Source: a virus. Taken from it: a stretch of DNA of 64,000 bases. A program made the translations under genes and the position numbers. The notes under the pieces were generated by a model. It worked only from the letters and a program-made list of their open reading frames with translations. It was not told the origin of the DNA and did not search any database. Location: positions 47,406 through 111,405 of IMG/VR virus record IMGVR_UViG_3300012352_000355, one strand, 5' to 3'. Below, piece by piece: positions 55,890 to 64,000 of the stretch (its first letter is position 1; the number at the start of each line of letters is the position of its first letter).

Positions 55890-57002
55890 TTACATTTTTA
55901 AAAATCGTTCGTAATGATTGCTTACTGGGTTATTCATTTCCTGTGGTCTAGGTAACTCTTGGAACTCTCCGTTAGCTCCATTAAAGTAAAGTCCTATGCT
56001 TGAGTTTTCTAAGCCATAATAACGGTCTTTAAGGAATTTAAGGGAGCGATACTTGTTACCTAGTAGACTTACATCATATCCATTATGGGTAGCGATGTTG
56101 TATCTAGCAGGACTGAATAGACCAATGACAATCTCGTAGTCTTGGTGTACACCTTTGTTGATGTGGAGTTCCTCCATTGATGGTTCTAGTTTCTCTTCCA
56201 TCAATTGACCTTTGTAGGTGTAAGTCTGTTTTTCTGATGCAGGTGTCTGCTGATGTACGATTACGTTGATCATCTTGTAACGTTTAGAGAAAACCTCTAA
56301 TACGTAATCCTTAACCATAAAGTCAAAGGTTTGATAAGATGACAACTTAATCTTGGTGTCAGGAGCAATCTCATTAGATAAGAGACTGATGTGGTCTAAA
56401 ATAAAAAATACCCAGGTATCATCTGACTTATACTTGTAGCCTGTGATTAACTTTTTACCGTCTTCGAGTTCTTTGTATGTGTGCTCTCCGATTTCAGGGT
56501 TATCAAAATAAGCCCTAATATATTTAGACATTCCTGTAGGGTTTCTAATGTAATCAATTACTTCTACGATCTCTTGTAGGTTATAGATGAATCTTTCAGC
56601 ATCTTTAACCTTAGCCATAAGATCATTAGTCATAGTGTAATTACCAATAGACTTTAGTTGTTGTACGCTAATAGTTATCCTGTGCTTCTCATACATGTAG
56701 ATTGAGATAAAGGATAACCAGAAATCTGTAGCACTTTCTTCTAAGGCAAAGTAGAAGATTTTAGGTTGTATAGAACTCTTGTTTAAGCGTACTTGCTTGT
56801 AGATGTTTAAGATAGTCATGTACTTAGCAAACTTTGACTTACCTACACCTGATGCAGCTGTTAAACAAGTAATAGAACCTTTAGTAAATCCTCCGTAATG
56901 TTCCCCTAGTCTAGGAAATGGAGGAGGGATAGAAGTTAATCCCCCCTCTTCCTTCACTAGTTTATTACGTTCAATCTGCCCAATTAGTTGTTGAAACTCC
57001 AT
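55890..57002 (-). CDS. DnaB-like (SF4) replicative helicase
   Basis: Walker A AASGVGKS, YFALEE, ILDHISLL, HQQ and LKDR.YG motifs. Confidence 0.8.
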   Translation of the reverse strand: MEFQQLIGQIERNKLVKEEGGLTSIPPPFPRLGEHYGGFTKGSITCLTAASGVGKSKFAKYMTILNIYKQVRLNKSSIQPKIFYFALEESATDFWLSFISIYMYEKHRITISVQQLKSIGNYTMTNDLMAKVKDAERFIYNLQEIVEVIDYIRNPTGMSKYIRAYFDNPEIGEHTYKELEDGKKLITGYKYKSDDTWVFFILDHISLLSNEIAPDTKIKLSSYQTFDFMVKDYVLEVFSKRYKMINVIVHQQTPASEKQTYTYKGQLMEEKLEPSMEELHINKGVHQDYEIVIGLFSPARYNIATHNGYDVSLLGNKYRSLKFLKDRYYGLENSSIGLYFNGANGEFQELPRPQEMNNPVSNHYERFLKM

Positions 57003-57004
57003 AT

Positions 57005-57571
57005 TTACAAGATTTGATGACTATTGTAGGCTGGACCTGTGCCATTCTTTAACTCCTCACACCATTTGGCTAAGTCGCTTTGGTCTACGCCATCTATCTT
57101 TTTGTAAATAAAGTAACCACACTCTCTAATGAATCTAATGTTTCCTTGAGACTTGAGTGTACTTATATAGAGATCTGTTGCTTGTGATATCTCTTCAAGA
57201 GTATAGTCATACTCACTGATAAATCTAATTAAGCGTTTTACTACGCTAGACTTGTCTGTGGTTTTACCTGATACTCCTAGATTCTTAGCACTAAACTTAC
57301 CTACAAACTCAGCTAACCAGTTAGCAGAGATAACAATCTCCTTCTTTGTAGAGGGTTTGTTGACATGTTTGTTAGCAAGTGATTCAATTACAGAAGGCTT
57401 GGGAGCAATCAACTCTCCAATAGACTTAGAAAAGTCTAAATCTTCTAGTGCTTTAGGTGTCCAACTATAAGTAGTTCCGTTATGTAGAAGTTTCTCTTCG
57501 TAAATCCATTTGTCTATCATCTTCTCCTTCTGTAGCAGTGCCCAGAGGACTTCGTAAAACGTTTTCTTCAT
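57005..57571 (-). CDS. Putative replisome organiser/helicase loader
   Basis: 188 aa upstream of the helicase; EEI..AT..YI...YFIYK pattern. Confidence 0.45.
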   Translation of the reverse strand: MKKTFYEVLWALLQKEKMIDKWIYEEKLLHNGTTYSWTPKALEDLDFSKSIGELIAPKPSVIESLANKHVNKPSTKKEIVISANWLAEFVGKFSAKNLGVSGKTTDKSSVVKRLIRFISEYDYTLEEISQATDLYISTLKSQGNIRFIRECGYFIYKKIDGVDQSDLAKWCEELKNGTGPAYNSHQIL

Positions 57572-57758
57572 CTGTTGGTTTTATTAAAGTAAAGTTTACA
57601 CCCTTAAAGATTTCCTGAGAATTAATCTTTATTGGGTCTACAAAGATAGGCAAATCCTCCTCTTTTTGCAAGAGAATTTGGTCTTCTATCCACATTTTTT
57701 TCATGAAAAGAAAGTCTGGATGTGACTCCAGACTCTCTCCATAGTGTTCTATTTGCAT
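57480..57758 (-). CDS. Hypothetical protein
   Basis: 92 aa starting 3 nt after the peptidase stop; 3' end overlaps the next gene. Confidence 0.5.
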   Translation of the reverse strand: MQIEHYGESLESHPDFLFMKKMWIEDQILLQKEEDLPIFVDPIKINSQEIFKGVNFTLIKPTDEENVLRSPLGTATEGEDDRQMDLRRETST

Positions 57759-57761
57759 AGA

Positions 57762-59192
57762 TTAAAGTTTGACAATTTCCTCGAAAGGAACTTCTCCAGC
57801 TTTGCAGTCTTTCATCATCGTCTCAATGAAATCTTGCTCGTCTTCAGGTACGTTAAAGATGCTTTCGCACTCATAACAATAACTGTTAAGTAACAAATCA
57901 TTTGTAATGTGAATATTCTCACCTAGACAGTTAGGACAACAACCTTCCATCATCATTTCATCGAGGTCTGCTTGCTTGTAGAGAACTTTAGACTTATTGC
58001 TGAATGATTCTAGTCCTTCTCTTAGTCTTGGGTCTTGATACTGAGGATAACATTCTGCCATCCATTCGCTGTAGATTTCATACTCTTCTTCTGCTGCGGC
58101 TTCTTCTGCTTTATCTTTATCGTAAGCAACATCTCCAAAAGGATCTAACATGTCCAAGGAATCTTCTGGTCTAGACCAGTACTTTGGACTTTTAGTAGAA
58201 GCCAATTCGCTTTTTGGAGGCATCCACTCTCCTTTCTCTATGTCATAGTACCAATCTGCATCATCATCGTCATCCCAGATATTAATCTGTCTAGCACCTG
58301 TTCCTAAGTAAGTAGTACTGGATTTAGTCTTACTACCTCCATATGGAATTTCAGAACGAAGATTAGGTACAGGGAAGATAAGAGGAATGTTTCTCTCAGC
58401 TAGCATTGTAAGCATTTCATAAGCAAAACTAAAAGCATTGGTAAGAAGTGCTACACTTGCTACCTCGCTATCTCCATGCTCGTTGAAATAGCCACAAGAA
58501 AGATTGTGAGAAGATACTTTAAGACCTCGCTTACGAAGACCACCTACGTCAGTAGCTGTGCCTGAGTTAAGAGAATAGCCATACTTATCCATCAAATCAC
58601 CAATCAAGTCATAATGCTCAGGGTTGAAAGTCTGAACACCGTTAGTATACTTAATGAAGTCATTTGTATAGGATCTGCGATCTAGCTGAGTAACAACCAA
58701 AGAGTTATCAAAGAAAGACATATCGCAAGCATAAGTACCTACCAATCCTCTCTCCTCACCATAAGGCAAGAATACCTTACAATGTGGCATCATCTTAAGC
58801 ATTTGGATAGCAAAGCATACACCTACAGAGTCATCGAGACCTAAGCCACACTGTTCGCCTCTTGCATTGTCAAAGCCAAAAATCCACTCATCTGTTTTGA
58901 AGATTCGCATGCCAGCATGATAGTCTTGAGCTGTGTCATAGTGAGCTACGATAGTAGGATAGAATTCTGCTGCTCCTTTTGTGCAATAGATATTGCCTCC
59001 CTTCTCATATACAGTAACTCCTTCGATCTTAGAGATAAGCTCTATAAGCCAATCTTTTTTAAGTGATTCGAGTTCTGGTTGATAAGTAGGACTTTGTTGA
59101 TACATAATATCAAATAGTAGATCAAAATCTACTGGGAAATCACCCTTAATGGTGTGGTCTATTGATTCTAGTTTACTTGTTGTGTAGTTCAT
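57762..59192 (-). CDS. M20/M28-clan zinc peptidase-like protein with an acidic tail and C-terminal zinc ribbon
   Basis: AHYDT, GLDD, EERG, DRR and NLSCGY..EH motifs; C-terminal CPNC...CYEC. Confidence 0.8.
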   Translation of the reverse strand: MNYTTSKLESIDHTIKGDFPVDFDLLFDIMYQQSPTYQPELESLKKDWLIELISKIEGVTVYEKGGNIYCTKGAAEFYPTIVAHYDTAQDYHAGMRIFKTDEWIFGFDNARGEQCGLGLDDSVGVCFAIQMLKMMPHCKVFLPYGEERGLVGTYACDMSFFDNSLVVTQLDRRSYTNDFIKYTNGVQTFNPEHYDLIGDLMDKYGYSLNSGTATDVGGLRKRGLKVSSHNLSCGYFNEHGDSEVASVALLTNAFSFAYEMLTMLAERNIPLIFPVPNLRSEIPYGGSKTKSSTTYLGTGARQINIWDDDDDADWYYDIEKGEWMPPKSELASTKSPKYWSRPEDSLDMLDPFGDVAYDKDKAEEAAAEEEYEIYSEWMAECYPQYQDPRLREGLESFSNKSKVLYKQADLDEMMMEGCCPNCLGENIHITNDLLLNSYCYECESIFNVPEDEQDFIETMMKDCKAGEVPFEEIVKL

Positions 59193-59197
59193 TGTTT

Positions 59198-61264
59198 TTA
59201 AATTAAATGTTGATCAGGACTCTCAGTAGTTTCTGCAGTCTCTGTGTTTTCTGTAGGTTGAGTATTCTCATTAACTTCAGTAATTTGATTAATCTGAGCT
59301 GACTCTCCTAGTGATCTTGCAATATCTCCGAGAGTAATAGGGGTGCTAAGGTACCCAGAAAACTGACTTGGGTGATAGACAATAGAAGAACCAGATGAAG
59401 AAAAACTAGAAAGAGAGTTAGAGACAGAAGAAGAACTAGTTAATATATAAGGAGTCTCTGTATCTCTTGTAAAAGTAAAATCTTGTGTAGTTTCTGTAAC
59501 AACCTCTATTGAAGTGTCTGCTTCAGGTTTGTTCTCATCATCTGGATGATAGAAACATCCATCAATCTCTTCATAAGTATGCTCATTATGGATAAAGTAA
59601 CCAAAATCATTTTCATACTCTCTAAGATAATCATCGTTTACATATGCATAGTCTCCATTAAACAATTCTACAGCTCTATCTCTTAGTACAGGGTCACTGT
59701 TGTAGTCTTGTACAAAATCATCTCGATCTGTAAAATTAGCATCCATTACTTCTGAATAGACAGAACAGTCGCCACAACATCTTTCGTCTCTATATCTTCC
59801 TGCGTCTATGCAGTAAGAATCATCATATTCTATTTCTGCATCACAAACAACACAAGCTATAGTATCAGGGAGACCTGAGTGGTTATAGAAACTACCTCCA
59901 GTACACCTAAGAGTATAGTGATGACCTTCTCCATAGTTACTTAAGATTTGATCATCAGGATGATAACAGTAAAGAGTATCTACATAAGGAAACTGATTAA
60001 TTCCAGTTAAATCTATCTTAATAGAATATCGTTCTGATGTTTGCCAGATTTTCTTGTAGTTAGCGGATTCTAGAGCAGTTTTAAGTAAGTTCTCAGTTTC
60101 GGTCTTAGTAGAATAGATTCTATCGTAAGCCCACTGGTTACCTAGATTCCACAGAATAGCTCTAGCTGCTACTTTATTGGCTCTCATGAGTACTCCTATC
60201 TTAACCTTAGAAGGATCTCTAGTATACATCTCAAAGTATGATTGACATCTGTCATAACGCATACAAGAGCTACCTAAAGTATTACTGTGAGCGTGATAGT
60301 TGTCTTCGTCATAAGCCCACTTAATTTGTTGTCCTTCCATAATTCTAAAATCATATAGAGGATTAGAGATTGTGATAAGAGAGGCATAAGATTCTGAGAA
60401 CGTAGTGATATCCCTATCAGAATATTTATCTTTAAAAATCCTACGAATAAGTTTACCTACAGAAGTATGATAACGCTTCTTATAGTTCCATACCTCAGGT
60501 AATACTACTTCAGTATTTTCAAACTCTACACCTATTATATGAGGATAAGTAGTAGTTATAGTAAGACCTGCTTGGTCAATAGAGAAGCCATTAATACCAT
60601 ACACTACACTGTGTCTAATAAGAAGAGGTTCCGAGTCTTGTTCTAATCTAGGTATATTGTAAGAGTAAGAAACTTCCTCATCCACTCCATTAGTGTGACT
60701 TGTATAACGATTAGCAGTAAAAGAACCTTTCTTTTCATAGAATTCTTTGATAGGATAAACTAAGTTATTTAAGTGACGAGCAGTAAGAGTAAGTCTTTTA
60801 GTATAAATAGCCTCTGAGTCTCCATATAATCTTGTTTTACCTATGTGTAATATTAACACAGTACCAGGTCTAATCATTTGCATTCTTGTTTCTTCGCCTT
60901 CTAATCTATTTTTACGATCTTCGTCTAGATAAGAAAGTTTGCTGTAGTCTGCTTGTGATAAACCAAGATAATTACAATACTTAGAATCTTCTGGAACTCT
61001 TTTAAGAGATAATAAGTCATCAACCATGTCCTTTACAATTTGGGGGACATCAGTAGACTTAAGTTTAAGTAAGCGTCTTTTTAGATCTTTGTGCATTACA
61101 AACTTGTCTGTTAAGACTTTACGTGCACGTTTCACTTTAGGAGCATTGATAGCAGAGACTTCAATAGTTCTTTCTGCTTTTTCTAAAAACTCCATAGAGA
61201 ATGGATCGTCAAAGATCTGAAGTTGTTGGCCTGCAAGTAGGCCTTCTAATTCTTCTGGTGGCAT
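59198..61264 (-). CDS. Large conserved phage protein (SCMR...ARAILW...DRIY domain)
   Basis: 688 aa; LGSSCMRY, ARAILW, YDRIY, FPYVDT, then CVVC/CCGDC and a Ser/Thr/Glu-rich tail. Confidence 0.65.
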   Translation of the reverse strand: MPPEELEGLLAGQQLQIFDDPFSMEFLEKAERTIEVSAINAPKVKRARKVLTDKFVMHKDLKRRLLKLKSTDVPQIVKDMVDDLLSLKRVPEDSKYCNYLGLSQADYSKLSYLDEDRKNRLEGEETRMQMIRPGTVLILHIGKTRLYGDSEAIYTKRLTLTARHLNNLVYPIKEFYEKKGSFTANRYTSHTNGVDEEVSYSYNIPRLEQDSEPLLIRHSVVYGINGFSIDQAGLTITTTYPHIIGVEFENTEVVLPEVWNYKKRYHTSVGKLIRRIFKDKYSDRDITTFSESYASLITISNPLYDFRIMEGQQIKWAYDEDNYHAHSNTLGSSCMRYDRCQSYFEMYTRDPSKVKIGVLMRANKVAARAILWNLGNQWAYDRIYSTKTETENLLKTALESANYKKIWQTSERYSIKIDLTGINQFPYVDTLYCYHPDDQILSNYGEGHHYTLRCTGGSFYNHSGLPDTIACVVCDAEIEYDDSYCIDAGRYRDERCCGDCSVYSEVMDANFTDRDDFVQDYNSDPVLRDRAVELFNGDYAYVNDDYLREYENDFGYFIHNEHTYEEIDGCFYHPDDENKPEADTSIEVVTETTQDFTFTRDTETPYILTSSSSVSNSLSSFSSSGSSIVYHPSQFSGYLSTPITLGDIARSLGESAQINQITEVNENTQPTENTETAETTESPDQHLI

Positions 61265-61299
61265 ATTATTTTAGGTTAGTTGGTTTAGGTTTTTAAATG

Positions 61300-61324
61300 A
61301 AAAAAGCACCCCTAGAGGTGCTTT
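61300..61324 (-). terminator. Intrinsic terminator
   Basis: Minus strand AAAGCACCT-CTA-GGGGTGCTTT-TTT. Confidence 0.75.
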
Positions 61325-61345
61325 ATTAATTAAGTTTAGTTAAAG

Positions 61346-61549
61346 TTAAATTTGTTCTGGTGTTTGTTCGCTGTCTCTTGTGTAACGATGTGCTAGTAAT
61401 AGGTTTTTTTCTTCTAGTGCTTTCTTAAAAGCTTTGTCTCGTTCTCTTTCTGAGTAGAATTTGTAGTCTTCATTCTTCTTCATTGTCTTTACAATCAGGT
61501 GATATTCTATCACCGTACCATTCTCGCTTAATGTATAGTTAGAACTCAT
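61346..61549 (-). CDS. Hypothetical protein
   Basis: 67 aa; ATGA overlap with the upstream small ORF. Confidence 0.6.
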   Translation of the reverse strand: MSSNYTLSENGTVIEYHLIVKTMKKNEDYKFYSERERDKAFKKALEEKNLLLAHRYTRDSEQTPEQI

Positions 61550-61698
61550 TCTGCAAAGATAGCTATTATATTAGCTACCATTCCTACTATTATGGATAAG
61601 AGTGATACAAAAAGAATACTGTATACAAAGAACTCATTGGTAGTCATACACCTAGTGTTCTTTATTTTTTTACCTATTTCCTTACAAGCTTCTTTCAT
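61546..61698 (-). CDS. 50-aa single-TM membrane protein (absent from the ORF track)
   Basis: MKEACKEIGKKIKNTRCMTTNEFFVYSILFVSLLSIIVGMVANIIAIFAE*; overlaps both neighbours. Confidence 0.6.
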   Translation of the reverse strand: MKEACKEIGKKIKNTRCMTTNEFFVYSILFVSLLSIIVGMVANIIAIFAE

Positions 61699-61909
61699 TT
61701 TTGTTTATTTCCTTCTTAACGTCTTTCCAAAACAATATAGCATTCTGCATAGAACGGTCTTTAACGTAGTTGTCCATATCTGTGTATTCTGCTATAATCT
61801 TGTCAATTGTGTAATTCGCAATCTGTCTGTAAGCGTAACCGTTCATTTGGAACCCTAATCCCATTAGGATTTCTTGTTCCATAGCCTCTGCTTGTTGTTT
61901 GGGAGTCAT
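61682..61909 (-). CDS. Hypothetical protein
   Basis: Likely start MTPKQQAE at 61909; FWKDVKKEI ending common in small Bacteroidota-phage proteins. Confidence 0.6.
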   Translation of the reverse strand: MTPKQQAEAMEQEILMGLGFQMNGYAYRQIANYTIDKIIAEYTDMDNYVKDRSMQNAILFWKDVKKEINKNERSL

Positions 61910-61922
61910 AAGGTGAACAAAG

Positions 61923-62324
61923 TTAAAGTTTTTCTGCTTGTTCGTCAAATCTATATTTCAATTCTTCCTTAAAAATTTCTCTGTAAAAGTCAGAGATTTG
62001 ATGTTGTGTCTTTAGGATAGCTTCAATATGATCTGAGTCTAAGTCTTTGATTGGCTTGTAAACTAAAGGTTGTCTGCCGTCTCTACCTCTGGTTCCCCAG
62101 TGTACAGCTGATCTCCTTGTAATGTGAGAGCCATCGTCATAAACGCTTAACTCTTCGTAAGTACCTATGTTTCTTCTTAAATAGTCTGTACCTCCGTCTA
62201 CCATAAGGACCTCTTTAGTTAGTCTGTCCCTATATTCAACGTAGTCATGTCTATTGTAGGAAGTTAAGATACTACCATCTGGTGTTTGAATCCTGTTTAA
62301 TAGAATTCTAGATTCTGTTGTCAT
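61923..62324 (-). CDS. Conserved phage hypothetical protein
   Basis: TPDG...S..RHDY...VDGG.DYLRR and WGTRG motifs. Confidence 0.65.
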   Translation of the reverse strand: MTTESRILLNRIQTPDGSILTSYNRHDYVEYRDRLTKEVLMVDGGTDYLRRNIGTYEELSVYDDGSHITRRSAVHWGTRGRDGRQPLVYKPIKDLDSDHIEAILKTQHQISDFYREIFKEELKYRFDEQAEKL

Positions 62325-62772
62325 CGTAGTCTTTGTTTAAAATGTAAGCGGGTTTTAGCTCTGTAACAATGTTTCCGTTCTCTAATACAGTCTCATGCAA
62401 GCATTCAAATTTATCTATTTTAAAGCCTTCTGCTTGAAAGAAGTTAAGAGATTGTATGTTCTGTGCTTTAACCCTTGTAAATGCCTTTATAGGGCCCTTA
62501 TTTTCGCTATAAGCATCATGTAAAGCTATACTAAGTATTGCATGACCATAACGCTTACCTTGAAACTCTTCAGATACCCGTATAAAAGTGATTCTATACT
62601 GGCTATCTTTTTTCTTTTTAATTAAAAGTACTGCTACTATCTCTGTTCCTTCGTGTAGAGCATGTACTTTTAGTGTAGGATCCATAAATGATTTTTCTGT
62701 GAAGGTTACTCCAAAGTGACTAGAGATAAACTCAAAGTACTCAGGTTTCTTTTCACATACATGGGTTATCAT
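62308..62772 (-). CDS. GNAT-family acetyltransferase
   Basis: Acetyl-CoA motif A VSEEFQGKRYG and N..S..FF...GF. Confidence 0.8.
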   Translation of the reverse strand: MITHVCEKKPEYFEFISSHFGVTFTEKSFMDPTLKVHALHEGTEIVAVLLIKKKKDSQYRITFIRVSEEFQGKRYGHAILSIALHDAYSENKGPIKAFTRVKAQNIQSLNFFQAEGFKIDKFECLHETVLENGNIVTELKPAYILNKDYDDNRI

Positions 62773-62954
62773 ACGTAGATTATTTTTAGTTTTTCTTTTG
62801 CTTTGGCTCTCTTATAAAGAGAACTGAAAGCATAGTGATTCATACCCATCTTAATACCTGCTCTACCATAACTTAATTTAAGTTCATCTCTAAGTATGAG
62901 TGCAGCGTATTGTTTGGGTGTGAATCCTTTTAGATCTAGTTTTAGTTCGTCCAT
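62769..62954 (-). CDS. Small HTH protein (sigma region 4-like)
   Basis: FTPKQ..ALILR...LSY..AG..MG pattern. Confidence 0.5.
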   Translation of the reverse strand: MDELKLDLKGFTPKQYAALILRDELKLSYGRAGIKMGMNHYAFSSLYKRAKAKEKLKIIYV

Positions 62955-62955
62955 A

Positions 62956-63468
62956 TTATACTAGTTTTAGTAACTTTTTATACTTAGATCTAGGTAATTT
63001 AAGTCCAGCTACAGCTCCATCATAGCAAATGTTTTCTGCTCTACATGCTTCTGCTACACTTTTATAGTAAGTACCTGTCTTTAGACTTACTACGTGTATG
63101 TGCCAACTAGAAGCCTTGATTGCATTTAAGTGCATGATGTTCTCTACTCTGGTACCCCACTTAAGATTGGTGTAGTGATTGTTAAGCTTATCTCCGTCTA
63201 AGTGTATTACACACTCACCTTCAGGTCCATCTAAGAAGAGTTTGGCTACCAAAGTTTGCCTAAACACTCGTTTCTTAACAGCACCTACAGATAAGATAAC
63301 TCCTGTAAGTCCATCACGATTAATAAAGCCTTTTAAGATCTTTTCTTTCTTAACTCTAGCTTCTAGTCTACCGAATCTAGGTTGACTGTAAGATCTTTCT
63401 AAGCTTTTAACCTCTCCGTATTCATTGACATGATAATACTTTTCAAATCCTGGAATAGGCTTCCACAT
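62956..63468 (-). CDS. NUMOD4-HNH homing endonuclease-like protein
   Basis: WKPIPGFE.YY.VN.YG.VKS (NUMOD4) and IHLDGDKLNNH..NL.W. Confidence 0.8.
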   Translation of the reverse strand: MWKPIPGFEKYYHVNEYGEVKSLERSYSQPRFGRLEARVKKEKILKGFINRDGLTGVILSVGAVKKRVFRQTLVAKLFLDGPEGECVIHLDGDKLNNHYTNLKWGTRVENIMHLNAIKASSWHIHVVSLKTGTYYKSVAEACRAENICYDGAVAGLKLPRSKYKKLLKLV

Positions 63469-63470
63469 AA

Positions 63471-64000
63471 TTAATTGCTTAAAGGTGCTTTGATTGCTGG
63501 ATGAGATTGGTAATTAACTAACTCAAAATCAGTATTGTCTAAATGTGAGTACAAAGACTGATCTTCTGATAGTGACTTATAGAAACTATCTTCTTTCAAA
63601 TGGTTTAATGTAGGTAAGTCAAATCCCTCTCTTTCAATCTGCTCTTTAGCCTGCTCGATGTGATTCAAATACAAATGAGTATCGCCTAAGTTACCGATTA
63701 GTTCATCAGGTAACATATTTACCTCTTTAGCAAGGATAATTAAGAGAAGAGCATAGGAGGCGATATTAAAGGGAAGGCCAAGGAAAGTATCTACTGAACG
63801 CTGATTCCACATTAAAGAAATAGCTCTACTTGGGATATTAAACTTCTCAAAGTCACTTAAGGTAAGTTGTGCTTTACCACTAAAGTGTTTGTCCATGTAC
63901 GTCTCCTTCTCTTCGTAAGTCAACTCTCTTGTGTAGACTTGGAAGCCATAATGACAAGGAGGAAGAACCATTTGGTCTAATTCTCCAACATTCCAAGCAT
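63471..64000 (-). CDS. thyA: Thymidylate synthase (5' part outside the window)
   Basis: AWNVGELDQMVLPPCH, QRSVD..LGLPFNIASY and GDTHLYLNH; the frame stays open to the window edge. Confidence 0.95.
   Translation of the reverse strand, partial: AWNVGELDQMVLPPCHYGFQVYTRELTYEEKETYMDKHFSGKAQLTLSDFEKFNIPSRAISLMWNQRSVDTFLGLPFNIASYALLLIILAKEVNMLPDELIGNLGDTHLYLNHIEQAKEQIEREGFDLPTLNHLKEDSFYKSLSEDQSLYSHLDNTDFELVNYQSHPAIKAPLSN

Noticed and set aside
61554-61561. TATCTTTG promoter-like element on the - strand
   Set aside because: It lies inside the 50-aa ORF that is translationally coupled to the next gene, so it may be coincidental.
61592-61858. 88-aa hydrophobic + strand ORF
   Set aside because: It is antisense to two coupled - strand genes in an all-minus block.
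62956-63468. HNH gene as part of a group I intron in thyA
   Set aside because: It starts 2 nt after the intact thyA stop, so it is free-standing; the visible thyA part is uninterrupted.
1-64000. Stop-codon reassignment (TAG or TGA) as seen in some crAss-like phages
   Set aside because: Code 11 gives long intact ORFs with dense coverage. TAG (44984, 62308) and TGA (34989, 47875) end genes exactly where neighbours begin.
1-64000. tRNA genes, CRISPR arrays, introns/inteins, integrase, diversity-generating retroelement
   Set aside because: Intergenic gaps are short and show no cloverleaf or repeat-spacer pattern. PolA, primase, helicase and vRNAP look uninterrupted, and no RT or recombinase motifs were seen. 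Checked by eye only.

Overview
About 64 kb of an AT-rich crAss-like (Crassvirales-type) phage genome read in standard genetic code 11. The host is probably a Bacteroidota bacterium: TTG-N19-22-TAnnTTTG promoters and A/C-rich leaders without Shine-Dalgarno sites. The + strand (1-43.8 kb) is the late/virion block: the 3' end of the major capsid gene, ring and auxiliary capsid genes, very Cys-rich tail/fibre genes, an IHF-like gene, tail tube and muzzle, a cluster of small basic modular proteins, five large cargo proteins (including a 2791-aa virion RNA polymerase with DFDID motif, N-terminal zincin and C-terminal NADAR domain), a holin/spanin-like cassette and a metallophosphoesterase. The - strand (43.9-64 kb) converges on it and holds replication and nucleotide genes: GroES, dCMP deaminase, PD-(D/E)XK nuclease, dNTP diphosphohydrolase, NinB/NinG-like, PolA, DUF932, UDG, DnaA-C-like, primase, SSB, AAA ATPase, DnaB-like helicase, M20/M28 peptidase, GNAT, HNH and a partial ThyA. 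Most notable observations: (1) about 8,100 aa of cargo protein is almost Cys-free, with lone cysteines placed head-to-tail at facing termini, suggesting a disulfide-linked ejection chain; (2) adjacent genes are built from short modules separated by a recurring [MFA]xxG[GAM] motif, plus an RLKxxY motif; (3) a NADAR domain is fused to the virion RNAP. All family assignments come from motif recognition by eye; no searches were run.
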